Source of the DNA: Coleofasciculus chthonoplastes F2-STO-03
GTDB taxonomy: Bacteria; Cyanobacteriota; Cyanobacteriia; Cyanobacteriales; Coleofasciculaceae
Direction: 5' to 3'
Assembly: GCA_040222015.1 (NCBI GenBank)
Contig: JAVJWO010000069.1
Coordinates: 64,001-128,000 of the forward strand
Length of the DNA stretch: 64,000 bases
In this document: positions 8,980-19,587 of the stretch, piece by piece
How positions within the stretch are numbered: the stretch's first letter is position 1
Layout of the letters: each line of letters begins with the position of its first letter
Notes under the pieces: model-generated
The model's input: the letters and a program-made list of their open reading frames with translations, nothing else
Told to the model about the DNA's origin: nothing
The model's database searches: none
Translations under genes and position numbers: made by a program

Positions 8980-10716
8980 ATGACAACCAAGCCGATTAAG
9001 TGGACGCATTTAAAATATCTATTTTGGTTCGGACCGATCCTGACAGTTATGGGAATTACCGCCCAAGAAGTGGCAGGTGAGTGGTCTCCTGTATCCTTAG
9101 CGCTGCTAATTGCAGGACTATTGATTATTGGCTTGTGGTTACTACTTCTGGATCAAATCGCTCCTGGTTTTTGGGGACGCCGTTCTACCCAGGTGGGAAC
9201 CAATGCGATAATCGCGACATTAGCTATGTTTGTGATTATCGGGTTAATTAACTTTTTAGGAGTACGTTATGGGGTACAAATTGATTTAACCGAAAACCAA
9301 CTATTTACCCTTTCACCCCAGTCACAGCAGGTGGTGAGAAATTTAGATCAATCGGTAAAAGTTTGGGTGTTTGAGAGTCCTGCTAATCCCGCCGATCAAG
9401 AACTTCTGGAAAACTACCGCCGCTATGGATCAAACTTGGAATTTGAGTTTGTTGATCCCCAGCTACAACCTGAATTCGCCCAAAAGTTTAATGTAAATTA
9501 TATAGGAGAGGTTTATTTAGAGTATGGGAATCAACGGGAGTTAGTCCAAACCATTAGCCAAGGGGAACGGTTATCGGAAGTTCAACTAACCAATGCAATT
9601 GAACGGATCACTGGCGATCGCACGGATAAGGTCTATTTTCTCCAAGGTCATGGTGAACGCCCCTTAGAAGCCTCAGACGAGGCGGGATTATCTCAAGCTG
9701 TAAGTGCGTTAGAGACGAAAAATTTCACCGTCGAACCCCTGAATCTCGCTGAACAGACAGCCGTTCCCGATGATGCGTCTTTAATCGTAATCGCTGGACC
9801 GAAACGAGCGCTGTTTGAACCGGAAGTGCAAGCGTTAGAAGACTATTTGGCGCAGGGGGGAAGTCTGTTAGTGATGATAGATCCCGATACTAATCCCGGA
9901 TTAGAACCTTTACTCTCTGATTGGGGAGTGATGTTGACGAATCAGATTGTGATTGATGCGTCGGGTCAAGGGAGGTTAGTGGGTTTGGGTCCAGCAACCC
10001 CTTTAGTGACTCAGTATGGCGATCATCCAATTACCCAAGATTTTGGAACTGGCTTTTCAATTTATCCCTTAGCGCAACCCGTGGACACGCAACCTGTAGA
10101 AGGGATTCAGGAAACCCCTCTAGTGATCACAAACCCCCAAAGTTGGGCGGAAAATACGCCAGAACAACAACCGTTGGAGTTTAACGAACAAGAAGGCGAT
10201 CGCCCCGGTCCTTTAGTATTAGGTGTAGCATTAAGTCGCCAAGCTGAATCGTCTACCGCTTCACCAACATTAGAACCGGAAACAACGGAGACTCCAGACG
10301 CTGAAGGCGAAGATACTGATGAACCGGAAACAACGGAAACTCCAGACGCTGAAGGCGAAGATACCGACGAACCCGAAGCCACCGAAACTCCAGAAGCCTC
10401 ACCTTCACCAATCCAGACGGATAAGTCTCAGGCTAAAGAAGACGACGCTGAATCACGATTAATTGTGTATGGTAATTCAAACTTTGCCACAGATAGTTGG
10501 TTTGATCAGCAACTCAATCCTGATATTTTTATCAACTCTGTGAGTTGGTTAAGCAAGCGAGATGCACAAGCGCTTTCGATTAGTCCCAAAGAACCCGAAG
10601 ATCGCCGAATTAATTTAACACCAGTACAATCCGGAATATTGGGATGGTTAGCCCTTTTAATTGTGCCAGCTTTTGGCTTTTTAACCGCAGGGATGCTGTG
10701 GTGGTTACGGCGGTAA
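8980..10716 (+). CDS. GldG-like ABC transporter auxiliary component
   Basis: DLTENQLFTLSPQS and VYFLQGHGE motifs, N- and C-terminal TM helices, internal 48-bp acidic duplication at 10273-10395. Confidence 0.88.
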   Translation: MTTKPIKWTHLKYLFWFGPILTVMGITAQEVAGEWSPVSLALLIAGLLIIGLWLLLLDQIAPGFWGRRSTQVGTNAIIATLAMFVIIGLINFLGVRYGVQIDLTENQLFTLSPQSQQVVRNLDQSVKVWVFESPANPADQELLENYRRYGSNLEFEFVDPQLQPEFAQKFNVNYIGEVYLEYGNQRELVQTISQGERLSEVQLTNAIERITGDRTDKVYFLQGHGERPLEASDEAGLSQAVSALETKNFTVEPLNLAEQTAVPDDASLIVIAGPKRALFEPEVQALEDYLAQGGSLLVMIDPDTNPGLEPLLSDWGVMLTNQIVIDASGQGRLVGLGPATPLVTQYGDHPITQDFGTGFSIYPLAQPVDTQPVEGIQETPLVITNPQSWAENTPEQQPLEFNEQEGDRPGPLVLGVALSRQAESSTASPTLEPETTETPDAEGEDTDEPETTETPDAEGEDTDEPEATETPEASPSPIQTDKSQAKEDDAESRLIVYGNSNFATDSWFDQQLNPDIFINSVSWLSKRDAQALSISPKEPEDRRINLTPVQSGILGWLALLIVPAFGFLTAGMLWWLRR

Positions 10717-10726
10717 AGGTACATCT

Positions 10727-10800
10727 GTAGGGGCGGGTTTTACTACTATCTTTTGAAATGGTGCGTTACGCTAACGCTAACGCACCCTACACCCGCCCCG
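10727..10800. repeat. GTAG-REP with a second REP (GGTGCGTTACGCTAACGCTAACGCACCCTAC, 10760-10790) nested inside
   Basis: The inner element recurs free-standing near 29772-29802. Confidence 0.8.
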
Positions 10801-10892
10801 ACCGAGTGATATAAAATGTTCGCATCGGAATTATGTTTTTTTAACGCAGAGGGACGCAGAGGTTGACGCTCCAGGGACGCAGAGGGTCATAA

Positions 10893-10951
10893 CCAATGAC
10901 AAATGACCAATGACGAATGACTAATGACGAATAACAAATGACGAATAACAA
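10893..10951 (+). repeat. STRR2-like heptamer array (AATGACN/AATAACA)
   Basis: Tandem 7-mers abutting the next start codon. Confidence 0.85.
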
Positions 10952-11857
10952 ATGAAGCTACAGAAGACCACTTGGGTTTTATTAATTGTCGCCCTTTTCC
11001 TGGGAGGATTTGTCTATTTTTATGAAATCGTAGGAACTCCCCAACGGGAAGCTGCGAAGGAAGCGGAGAAGCAACTGTTTAGTTTTGAAGAGGATGAGAT
11101 TCAACGGGTAAATATTTATATCCAGGAAGAAAGCCGAAAATTTGAACGGGTGAGTGAACCTGAATCTGGTTGGCGAATGACGGAACCGAAGGATGTCCCC
11201 GCCAGTGATCCATCGGTTGCATTCCTATTAAATTTGCTGGTTGAAGGAAAGCGCGATCGCATAATTCCCAATGTCTCCCCGGAAACCCTGAAAGACTATG
11301 GCTTAAACCAACCCCAAGCCATGGTAACGGTGCGACTTAACAACGATGAAACTCATGAAATTATTTTAGGAAAACCAGATTTTAATAATAGTTTTCTCTA
11401 TGCTCAAGTTGATTCATTCTCTGACAAATCCCAAAGATCTAATGTTTTTTTAGTCCCCATGGACTTTGAATATGCTGTCAATCGCCCCTTATCAGAATGG
11501 GAGCAAACAAAAGAGGAAACACCTGAAGAAACTGAGCCATCCGATACGGAAAACGAGGAATCAACGTCTGAAACAGAACCGACTACAGAGGAAACAGAAC
11601 CCGCTACAGAGGAAAAAGACCCCTCTGAAAACCAAGCTACTCCTAATAACTCTGATACTGAAACAGAGGAATCAACCTCTGAACCAACACCGACACCGGC
11701 TAACCAAAGTCCGTCCGCATCTCCCTCTCCTGAAAAGCCGTCCTCTTCTGAAGAGAAAAAGCAGTCAATAGAGGATGAAACGGCTTCTCCCAATGAGGAA
11801 ACAGAATCTGAAAATCCCCCCAATGATTCTGAAGAGGAAGACAGTCCGTCGGAATAA
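10952..11857 (+). CDS. DUF4340 domain protein with acidic low-complexity tail
   Basis: N-terminal TM, LKDYGLNQP motif, position after GldG-like gene. Confidence 0.8.
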   Translation: MKLQKTTWVLLIVALFLGGFVYFYEIVGTPQREAAKEAEKQLFSFEEDEIQRVNIYIQEESRKFERVSEPESGWRMTEPKDVPASDPSVAFLLNLLVEGKRDRIIPNVSPETLKDYGLNQPQAMVTVRLNNDETHEIILGKPDFNNSFLYAQVDSFSDKSQRSNVFLVPMDFEYAVNRPLSEWEQTKEETPEETEPSDTENEESTSETEPTTEETEPATEEKDPSENQATPNNSDTETEESTSEPTPTPANQSPSASPSPEKPSSSEEKKQSIEDETASPNEETESENPPNDSEEEDSPSE

Positions 11858-12136
11858 ATTTATAGTGTTTTCATATTGGCAATCCGAATGTAGAGACGTT
11901 GCATACAACGTCTTTACTGTCATATAGCACTACGAGGATACGTTAGTTAGTCCCAGAGGGAACAGCGAACAGGGAACACTCAAGAATGTCCTAACCTGTC
12001 TTAGTACCGCTATACATTGAAATTGGGTATTTGTAGCGAGCAAGATGCAAAGCCTGCGGCATGGCTTCGCTTAACGCACTACAAGAATTGCACGATTATT
12101 GACAATAAAATTTCTTAATCTTATCCTCATAATTTA

Positions 12137-13231
12137 TTATTTGAGAGGATGAGTGATGAAAGCGTACCTGTCATCAATTCTAACTCTGGCTACCCCCTGC
12201 TGAAATGACCAAGCACTATCAAATTGAGGCTTGATGACTAAATTACCTATTTTGTTAATATAACCCCACTTGTCGCCTATTTTGATGGCGATTAACTCTT
12301 CAGAAAAGTCATACGTGTTATCAAACTGGGGAGCAATTAGCATATTTCCTTGCTGATCAATATAACCAATTTTATCGTTCATCGAGATTCCAGCCACACC
12401 TTGGACAAAATCCCCCGCCCAATCAAAATAAGGTATAATCACAAAGTCGCCTTGATGATTAATATACCCCGATTTCATCGCTTGATTTGATACAGACGCC
12501 AAGCCTTCGGAAAAAGAACTCGCATCTTTAAATTGAGGTGGAATCGCCCAATTTCCGGTTTTGTCGATATAGCCATACTGGTTATTCAATTTTACCGTAG
12601 CTAACCCCTCAGCAAACGGTTCTGCTTCCTGAAATTGAGGCGGAGTAATCCAGTTTCCGGTTTTATCTATATAACCATACTGATTATTATTTTCGACAAC
12701 TGCCAATCCTTCGGAAAACAAATCAGCATCATAAAATTGAGGTAGAATTATTAATGTGCCAGTTTTATCGATATAACCCCAATCATCGCCTTGTTTAACC
12801 GGAGCTAATCCTGCCGCGAACGATTTAGCGCCATCGAATTGAGGTTTAATTACCCAGTTACCTGTTTGATCAATATAACCCCATTTCCCATCAACTTTGA
12901 CTGGGGCTAAATCTTCAGTAAACGAGTCAGCTAACTCAAATTGCGGTTTAATTACCCAATTTCCGCTTTGATTAATATAGCCCCACTTCCCCTCCAACTT
13001 AACCGCCGCTAACCCCTGAGAAAAATCATGTCCCGACTTTAACTCAAACGGGAAAGTAAATTGTACAGGAACAGCATTTTCGCTAGAAATTCGAGAATCA
13101 TGGAAACCGTTGTTAATCGTTGATATAATTTGACATCCAGATAATTGAGTAACCAGCAAACCTAAGAAGAGACTGGTGAACCGAAAAACTAGCCAATGTC
13201 TAAACTTGTAATATAACAATCCTCTACCCAT
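12137..13231 (-). CDS. WG-repeat (KWG) lipoprotein
   Basis: Repeated FSEGLAAV...KWGYID..G units; LSGC lipobox-like motif. Confidence 0.9.
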   Translation of the reverse strand: MGRGLLYYKFRHWLVFRFTSLFLGLLVTQLSGCQIISTINNGFHDSRISSENAVPVQFTFPFELKSGHDFSQGLAAVKLEGKWGYINQSGNWVIKPQFELADSFTEDLAPVKVDGKWGYIDQTGNWVIKPQFDGAKSFAAGLAPVKQGDDWGYIDKTGTLIILPQFYDADLFSEGLAVVENNNQYGYIDKTGNWITPPQFQEAEPFAEGLATVKLNNQYGYIDKTGNWAIPPQFKDASSFSEGLASVSNQAMKSGYINHQGDFVIIPYFDWAGDFVQGVAGISMNDKIGYIDQQGNMLIAPQFDNTYDFSEELIAIKIGDKWGYINKIGNLVIKPQFDSAWSFQQGVARVRIDDRYAFITHPLK

Positions 13232-13452
13232 GGGGTACTAATAACTATTTAGGGCTTGCTAAATAAGTGCTGCGGGGAGCAGGGGAAGCAATGTAGAGAC
13301 GTAGCATGCTACGTCTGGGAGCTGAGAGAGCAGGGGAAGAAAAAATGAAATTAGAGCTTAGCCGAACAGTAATAAAACCGAGCGTGTCATCAGTGCTACC
13401 AACCTCCCACATCCCCACCCCAATCTCTCCAATAAATCCGTGAAATCAGTGT

Positions 13453-14844
13453 TTATCGCCTGGCTACCCCTTCATTCCGTGCAGCTTGTTGTACGGCGGC
13501 GGAAACGGCTGTCACCACGCGCTGATCAAAGACAGATGGGATAATATGTTCAGTGTCTAAATCGGTCGTAGACATCAACGACGCGATCGCTTTTGCTGCT
13601 TCTAGATACATCGTACTGGTAATCACTGAGGCGCGACAGTCGAGGGCGCCACGAAACACACCAGGGAATGCCAGAACATTATTAATCTGATTGGGATAGT
13701 CACTCCGCCCCGTTGCCATAACCGCGACATCATCTAACACCAATTCTGGCTGAATTTCGGGGATTGGATTCGCCATCGCCATAACGATAGGATCTTGTGC
13801 CATTGAATGTACCATGTCTGGTGTCAAAACACCGGGAACACTGACGCCGAGAAATACATCCGCCCCCACCATCGCACCCGCTAAAGCACCACTAGATTCA
13901 ACGGCAAATTCCTGCTTTTGGGGGGTTAAATCGGTGCGTTTCTTGGAGAGAATGCCTTTGGAGTCACACATCCAAATCATCTTCGCCCCAGCTTGACGCA
14001 ATAGCCGCGCGATCGCAATTCCCGCCGCCCCAGCGCCATTAATCACAATTCGCACGTCTTCTAGGGATTTCTTCACCAGTTTGAGGGAGTTAATTAACGC
14101 CGCTAAACTGACAATGGCGGTTCCATGCTGATCATCGTGGAAAACGGGAATATCTAAGACTTGCCGCAGTTTTGCTTCAATGTCAAAGCAACGGGGGGCG
14201 CTGATATCTTCTAGGTTAATCCCGCCAAAAACGGGAGCGATATTTTTAACCGTTTCGATAATTGTATCGGTGTCTTGATTTGCCAGACAGATAGGAAAGG
14301 CGTCAATTCCGGCAAATTCTTTAAACAGCATGGCTTTCCCTTCCATGACGGGTAATGCGGCTTCTGCACCTAAGTTGCCTAACCCTAATACGGCGCTACC
14401 ATCTGTAACAATGGCTACCGTATTACTTTTGATTGTCAGGGAGTAAACCTTTTGTAAATCCTCTGCGATCGCGTTACAAATTCGACCCACTCCTGGGGTA
14501 TACGCCATGGCTAAATCGGCTTGGGTTTTCAGGGGGAGTTTGTTCTCGATGCTGATTTTACCCCCTCGATGCAAATTGAACGTGCGATCGTAGACATCGA
14601 TCACCTTGATATGAGTAAGTTCCTTAACTGCTTGCACAATCTGTTCTGCGTGTTCAGTACTCGTTGCATCGATGGTGATTTCACGAGTCGTAACTTTGTG
14701 GGTTTGGTGAATCAGATCAATCTGTCCCAGGTTTCCCCCCACTTGTGCGATCGCCTGAGTAACGGTGGCGAGCATCCCAGAGCGGTTGGGAAGTTGGATA
14801 CGAATCGTTAAACTGAAACTGGAATTCGGTGTCAGGTCTGCCAT
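13453..14844 (-). CDS. Malic enzyme with N-terminal ACT domain
   Basis: AYTPGVG, VTDGSAVLGLG, GINLEDI, FHDDQHGT, GAGAAG, GRSDYPNQINN motifs. Confidence 0.95.
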   Translation of the reverse strand: MADLTPNSSFSLTIRIQLPNRSGMLATVTQAIAQVGGNLGQIDLIHQTHKVTTREITIDATSTEHAEQIVQAVKELTHIKVIDVYDRTFNLHRGGKISIENKLPLKTQADLAMAYTPGVGRICNAIAEDLQKVYSLTIKSNTVAIVTDGSAVLGLGNLGAEAALPVMEGKAMLFKEFAGIDAFPICLANQDTDTIIETVKNIAPVFGGINLEDISAPRCFDIEAKLRQVLDIPVFHDDQHGTAIVSLAALINSLKLVKKSLEDVRIVINGAGAAGIAIARLLRQAGAKMIWMCDSKGILSKKRTDLTPQKQEFAVESSGALAGAMVGADVFLGVSVPGVLTPDMVHSMAQDPIVMAMANPIPEIQPELVLDDVAVMATGRSDYPNQINNVLAFPGVFRGALDCRASVITSTMYLEAAKAIASLMSTTDLDTEHIIPSVFDQRVVTAVSAAVQQAARNEGVARR

Positions 14845-14930
14845 GCTGGATTGATTTCGGGTCTCAAGCTTTTAATTGTAGACCCAATTCCCAGTTCTAG
14901 GGGAAACTATTGGTGAAGAGGTGCGGGGTT

Positions 14931-14994
14931 GTAGGGGCGGGTTTAACCGATAACGTTGGAGACTAACCCCTAACTTAACTAAACCCGCCCCTAC
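14931..14994. repeat. GTAG-REP, full palindromic unit
   Basis: GTAGGGGCGGGTTTA...TAAACCCGCCCCTAC. Confidence 0.9.
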
Positions 14995-15017
14995 AATTGA
15001 CTTATTACTTTTTTATT

Positions 15018-15452
15018 ATGGCAAGTCTCTATACTGAAATCGAAATTAATGCTCCCAAGTCACAAGTGTGGCAGGTTTTGTTAGACAAACAGCAGTGGAA
15101 GTATTGGAACACGTTTCTCTTTGACCGTGAACCAGAACAGCCCTTGGCAAAAGGACAAGCGGTGTCCCTGTCATTAAGACGATTACCCAAGGATGAAGAA
15201 ACGGAATTTGAACCTTTGATCACACTCTTACAACCCGAAAGTTGTCTGCGCTGGGTTTCATCTATTCCGGGGTTTCGCAATGAGTACGTATTTGAACTAC
15301 AAGAAATTGGTTTAGGTCGGACTAAATATGTTCATAAAAGCCGTTTTTCTGGGATGCTCACTCGTGTTTTTGTCCCCTTTATCCGTCAAGATGAACATCG
15401 GGGAATGCAACGCATGGCGCGGGAATTGAAGCGATATGTTGAGCATTTATAA
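15018..15452 (+). CDS. SRPBCC/START-family (polyketide cyclase-like) protein
   Basis: TEIEINAPKSQVWQVL..WN.F N-terminus and C-terminal helix; ATG at 15018. Confidence 0.8.
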   Translation: MASLYTEIEINAPKSQVWQVLLDKQQWKYWNTFLFDREPEQPLAKGQAVSLSLRRLPKDEETEFEPLITLLQPESCLRWVSSIPGFRNEYVFELQEIGLGRTKYVHKSRFSGMLTRVFVPFIRQDEHRGMQRMARELKRYVEHL

Positions 15453-15503
15453 TTGGGGGATATATGGCTCTTGAGACCAAACGTTCTGCTATTCTCTAGG
15501 ATT

Positions 15504-16070
15504 ATGACTACCGTATTAAACTTAAAGCCACTGACGACAACATTGACGCGATCGCAGTTTTATCAACTGTGTGTAGCCAACCCTGATGTACCATTAGAAC
15601 GTTCGCCCCAGGGAGAGTTAATTATCATGACACCGATTGGTGGAGAAGGTGGTAGCCAAGAAGCCAGTTTAATTGCTAGAGTCGTTGTCTGGAATGAACA
15701 GACTCAGCTTGGTGTAGTTTTTAGTTCCCAAACTGTCTTTAGTTTACCTGGTGGAGGCGATCGCTCTCCAGATGTCGCCTGGGTGGAATTGTCGCGATGG
15801 CAAAGTTTGAGTCAATCGGAACGAGAAAAGTTTCCGCCGCTTTGTCCAGATTTCGTGATTGAGTTGCGCTCGCGCACCGACCGATTAAAGCCACTTCAGG
15901 ATAAGATGCAGGAATATTTAGCAAGTGGTTTGCGTTTAGGTTGGTTAATTAATCATCAGGATCGGCAAGTGGAAATTTATCGAGGGGGAACAGGTGTGGA
16001 CGTTGTAGCGATGCCTGTTGTGTTGTCAGGGGAAGAAATATTGCCAGGGTTTAGATTAGAAATTCTGTAG
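15504..16070 (+). CDS. Uma2 family endonuclease
   Basis: RSPDVAW, CPDFVIELRS, KMQEY..G.RLGWLI motifs; likely ATG at 15504. Confidence 0.93.
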   Translation: MTTVLNLKPLTTTLTRSQFYQLCVANPDVPLERSPQGELIIMTPIGGEGGSQEASLIARVVVWNEQTQLGVVFSSQTVFSLPGGGDRSPDVAWVELSRWQSLSQSEREKFPPLCPDFVIELRSRTDRLKPLQDKMQEYLASGLRLGWLINHQDRQVEIYRGGTGVDVVAMPVVLSGEEILPGFRLEIL

Positions 16071-16296
16071 GGGCGGGTTTAGGGATTTAATTAAAGATAT
16101 CACCGATAACCTTTCAACAAAACCCGCCCTTTTCCTAGATGTAGCCGATCAATAAATTCTGTAGGGGCGGGTTTAGGAATTCAATTAAAGATATCATCGA
16201 TAACCTTTTAACAAAACCCGCCCTTTTCCTAGGTGTAGCCGAGCCATAAATACTGTAGGAGCAGGTTTAGGGATTCAATCAACGATATCACCGATA
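16067..16296 (+). repeat. Tandem cluster of three GTAG-REP units (period 94 bp)
   Basis: Units start at 16067, 16161 and 16255. Confidence 0.9.
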
Positions 16297-16395
16297 AGCT
16301 GTTCGGCATTTAAACCTTAATGTCAATAATGGCGAAAGCATTGTAGTGCGAGCATCTTGCTCGCTACTAATACCCAATTTAAATGCATGACAGCT
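16297..16395. mobile_element. MITE with TA target duplication, inserted in a REP and carrying another REP
   Basis: Imperfect TIRs AGCTGTTCGGCATTTAAA / TTTAAATGCATGACAGCT flanked by TA; removal restores CCGATAACCTTT. Confidence 0.8.
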
Positions 16396-16539
16396 TAACC
16401 TTTATGGTTCGTTACATTTGGCTAACGTAGTTTTATGGGTGAAGGTGTCAATTTGTCAAGATAGCGGTGATAGGAATTTTGTGCGATCGCTCCTGGCATA
16501 GTGGTCAATGTTCAGAGCGCCCATTTTCAGCAATTTAGC

Positions 16540-17631
16540 GTGAAAACCGACACCATCTTCTATAACCTGTTTCTTGAATTCCCAGGTATTTTATTTGAAC
16601 TCATCGATTCGGACCCAGAGGAAGCCGCCATCTATGAATTCACCTCCCGTGAAATCAAACAACCCTCCTTCCGGTTAGACGGCTTGTTCTTACCCACGAC
16701 GGAAGATGCAGAAAAACCCTTGTATCTGCTAGAGGTTCAGTTTCAACCCGATGAAGCGTTATACTATCGATTATTTGGTGAACTCTTTCTCTACTTGAGG
16801 CAATACCAACCGCCTCACCCTTGGCAGGTTGTCGTGATTTATCCCACTCGTAGGATTGAACGAGAACAAACATTTCAATTTGGTGAAATCCTTGCCCTCA
16901 ATCGCGTCACGCGCATTTATATTGATGAATTAGGAGAAACCTCATCTAGTTCCCTTGGGATTGAAATGGTTAAGCTGGTGATTGAGGATGAGGAGACTGC
17001 ACCGGAACGAGCAAGACGATTAGTCGCACAAGCTCAAATACAGATAGATGATCAAGCAACGCAGCGAAACCTGATCAACTTAATTGAGACAATCCTTGTT
17101 TACAAACTACCCCAAAAAAGCCGCGAGGAGATTGAAGCCATGTTCAGCTTAAGTGAACTCAAGCAAACTAAAGTTTATCAAGAAGCCTTAGAAGAAGGTG
17201 AAATCAAAGCCAAGTTAGCCGCGATACCGCGCATGATAGAATTTGGCTTAAGGTTGCCGCAAATCGCCCAGTTGCAAGATTTACCGCTAGAGGTTGTGCA
17301 ACAGACAGAACGATTATTTCAGAAACAAAAGGTTGCGGCTTTTATTGAACTATTAACGAATCAGCGTGACTTGTTTTCGACTCAAGACTTGGCACAGTTA
17401 CAGCAGTGGGTTGCACCTGTACCGGATCGGATTGAAGATTTATCCCAGGCGATCGCACAATGGTGCAATCAGGAATCCCATACCCTACAGCGTCAGGCTT
17501 GGCGTCAAATCCTCTCTGATTTATGGAAGGCGACGGTGGAAACCATTTTGAAAACCTACCCCAAGACTCTGGATCTGACTGCCTCTCCCGTAACTAAAGA
17601 AATGTTGCAACAGGGGATTAACGGGGAATAA
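16540..17631 (+). CDS. Rpn family nuclease / putative transposase, paralog of 583-1674
   Basis: Same motifs and C-terminal extension; GTG at 16540 aligns with the paralog's start. Confidence 0.9.
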   Translation: MKTDTIFYNLFLEFPGILFELIDSDPEEAAIYEFTSREIKQPSFRLDGLFLPTTEDAEKPLYLLEVQFQPDEALYYRLFGELFLYLRQYQPPHPWQVVVIYPTRRIEREQTFQFGEILALNRVTRIYIDELGETSSSSLGIEMVKLVIEDEETAPERARRLVAQAQIQIDDQATQRNLINLIETILVYKLPQKSREEIEAMFSLSELKQTKVYQEALEEGEIKAKLAAIPRMIEFGLRLPQIAQLQDLPLEVVQQTERLFQKQKVAAFIELLTNQRDLFSTQDLAQLQQWVAPVPDRIEDLSQAIAQWCNQESHTLQRQAWRQILSDLWKATVETILKTYPKTLDLTASPVTKEMLQQGINGE

Positions 17632-17638
17632 TTCCAAC

Positions 17639-18247
17639 TCAATTTTCATCCATTCCAATAAAACTTCTCAGAATTCCGATGACTTTACCCACATTTCCCA
17701 AAAAATATTCATTTAAGTCAATTGTAATGATTTGGTCTTCGAGTTGCATAAATTTCCAGAGACTTCCCGTCGTCACAACTCCATAAATTCGGGGAATGTT
17801 TTTTCCTTTTTGTTGATTGAACACCTGAGCCGCAATCATTTCTGCCATGCATTGTCCCAAGCCGGATTCGATGTTATCGTTTTTGGCTTCAACTAAAGTG
17901 ACGATGGGTGCTTCTATAATCAGTTGTTCTGAGGATTGACTAATGAGAAAATCGCAAACTCCATTTAAACCTCTCTGGGTATCGACGGTAAAGTCTTTGC
18001 CAGAAAATAAAGCAATGCGATTGATGAATTGTTTTCTGATTTCTATTAAAATAGGCATGACAATTAATTCTGAACGAGACTTTTCTGAATTAATTGCCAA
18101 CGCTAAAGGGATATTATAGTCTAGGGTTTCGGCTAGAAACTCGCTGTAACTCGCTTCTGGAATAGTAGAAAAAAATCCTACTTGTTCAGATAGGATAATG
18201 CCAAACTCTGACTTAATCTGGTCGATAGTAAATTGACTATAGGACAT
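17639..18247 (-). CDS. PD-(D/E)XK-like cyanobacterial hypothetical protein
   Basis: SEKSRSE, GVCDFL...VEAK..., GLGQCMAEM, YGVVTTG.W.F motifs. Confidence 0.8.
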   Translation of the reverse strand: MSYSQFTIDQIKSEFGIILSEQVGFFSTIPEASYSEFLAETLDYNIPLALAINSEKSRSELIVMPILIEIRKQFINRIALFSGKDFTVDTQRGLNGVCDFLISQSSEQLIIEAPIVTLVEAKNDNIESGLGQCMAEMIAAQVFNQQKGKNIPRIYGVVTTGSLWKFMQLEDQIITIDLNEYFLGNVGKVIGILRSFIGMDEN

Positions 18248-18342
18248 TTGAATGATCCGGGAAAATGTACCATGGCTCCCCCAACTCAGAGACGTTCCAC
18301 CGGAACGTCTCTACAATCCCCCTCACCACAGCACTTGTTCAC

Positions 18343-19587
18343 CTACTGCTGCATTTGAGTTGGCAAAGCACCGGGTTGTACTGTCACCTCAACATTTTTG
18401 CGATCGCGGCGCAATTCTAGGGTTAAATCATCCCCGACTGGAGTCATTTCTACTACCTTTTGGACATCTTCGGCTTCTTTGATTGACTCACCATTAATTT
18501 TATGAATCACATCCCCGGATCGCAATCCAGCTTTATCAGCCGGAGAATTCCGCATCACTCTGGCAATTAGCACCCCTTTGCTTTCATCAACGACAAGACC
18601 AGAATTGGGATTTTTGTTGATGTTTTCTTTCAACTCTGGGGTTAACGTAACCATCTGAATTCCCAAAAATGGATGTTCGACTTTCCCGTTGGCGATTAAT
18701 TGTTGAGCAATCCGTTGCGCTGTATTAATCGGAATAGAAAATCCTAACCCTTGAGCGCCTTGAATAATTGCTGTATTCATCCCAATCACTTCACCGGATG
18801 CATTTAGCAGGGGTCCACCTGAGTTACCAGGGTTAATTGCAGCATCAGTTTGGATAAATTGGACGCGCTTATCGGGAACTCCTACTTCAGAACTCGAACG
18901 TCCTGTCGCACTGATGATACCTGTGGTGACGGTGTTATCTAATCCTAGCGGATTACCGATCGCGATCGCCCATTCCCCCGGTTTGAGTTGCTCCGAATCC
19001 CCTAAGGTGACAATGGGGAGATTATCGGCTTCAACTTTGATTACCGCCACATCGGTTATGGGGTCAGTTCCTAGCACTTTCCCGGCAAATGTGCGACCAT
19101 CTTTGAGAACCACATCCACTTGATCCGCACCATCAACAACGTGAGCATTGGTGAGAATCATCCCATCGGTGTTAATAATAAACCCCGAACCCGTTCCCCG
19201 TTCTACTCGCTGCTGCGGTTGTTCCGGAATTTGAGATCCGAAGAACTCGCGGAAAAACGGGTTATTAAATGCATCGGGAACTTGAGATGTCACAGTTTTG
19301 GAGGCGTTAATCCGCACGACAGCAGGTCCCACAGTATCCACAACCTTAGTAATAAAATTGCTGTTTTGGGGAGTGGACAGGTTAGCTGGAGGAATGATTC
19401 CTCCCAAAACCTGAGAGGATTGGGGAACAATGGAATTGGCTGAAATTTGGGGATTACCGGAAATGAAAGCGTTGGCGCCAAACGTAACACCAGCTCCTAG
19501 CAACATCAGGGATAGATAGGTGACGGCTTTTTTTACCGGGGAAGCGTCACTGTCATGAGATTTGGATGTTTTCGTGTTGAATACCAT
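18343..19587 (-). CDS. HtrA/HhoA/HhoB family serine protease with PDZ domain
   Basis: [24 protein letters not shown] catalytic motifs. Confidence 0.95.
   Translation of the reverse strand: MVFNTKTSKSHDSDASPVKKAVTYLSLMLLGAGVTFGANAFISGNPQISANSIVPQSSQVLGGIIPPANLSTPQNSNFITKVVDTVGPAVVRINASKTVTSQVPDAFNNPFFREFFGSQIPEQPQQRVERGTGSGFIINTDGMILTNAHVVDGADQVDVVLKDGRTFAGKVLGTDPITDVAVIKVEADNLPIVTLGDSEQLKPGEWAIAIGNPLGLDNTVTTGIISATGRSSSEVGVPDKRVQFIQTDAAINPGNSGGPLLNASGEVIGMNTAIIQGAQGLGFSIPINTAQRIAQQLIANGKVEHPFLGIQMVTLTPELKENINKNPNSGLVVDESKGVLIARVMRNSPADKAGLRSGDVIHKINGESIKEAEDVQKVVEMTPVGDDLTLELRRDRKNVEVTVQPGALPTQMQQ

Noticed and set aside
11404..11823. Antisense ORFs over acidic tails (also 10107-10382 and 40474-40731)
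   Set aside because: Shadow frames of low-complexity coding sequence.
16067..16296. CRISPR array
   Set aside because: The units are long palindromic REPs whose intervening sequences are similar to each other rather than unique spacers; there are no cas genes.
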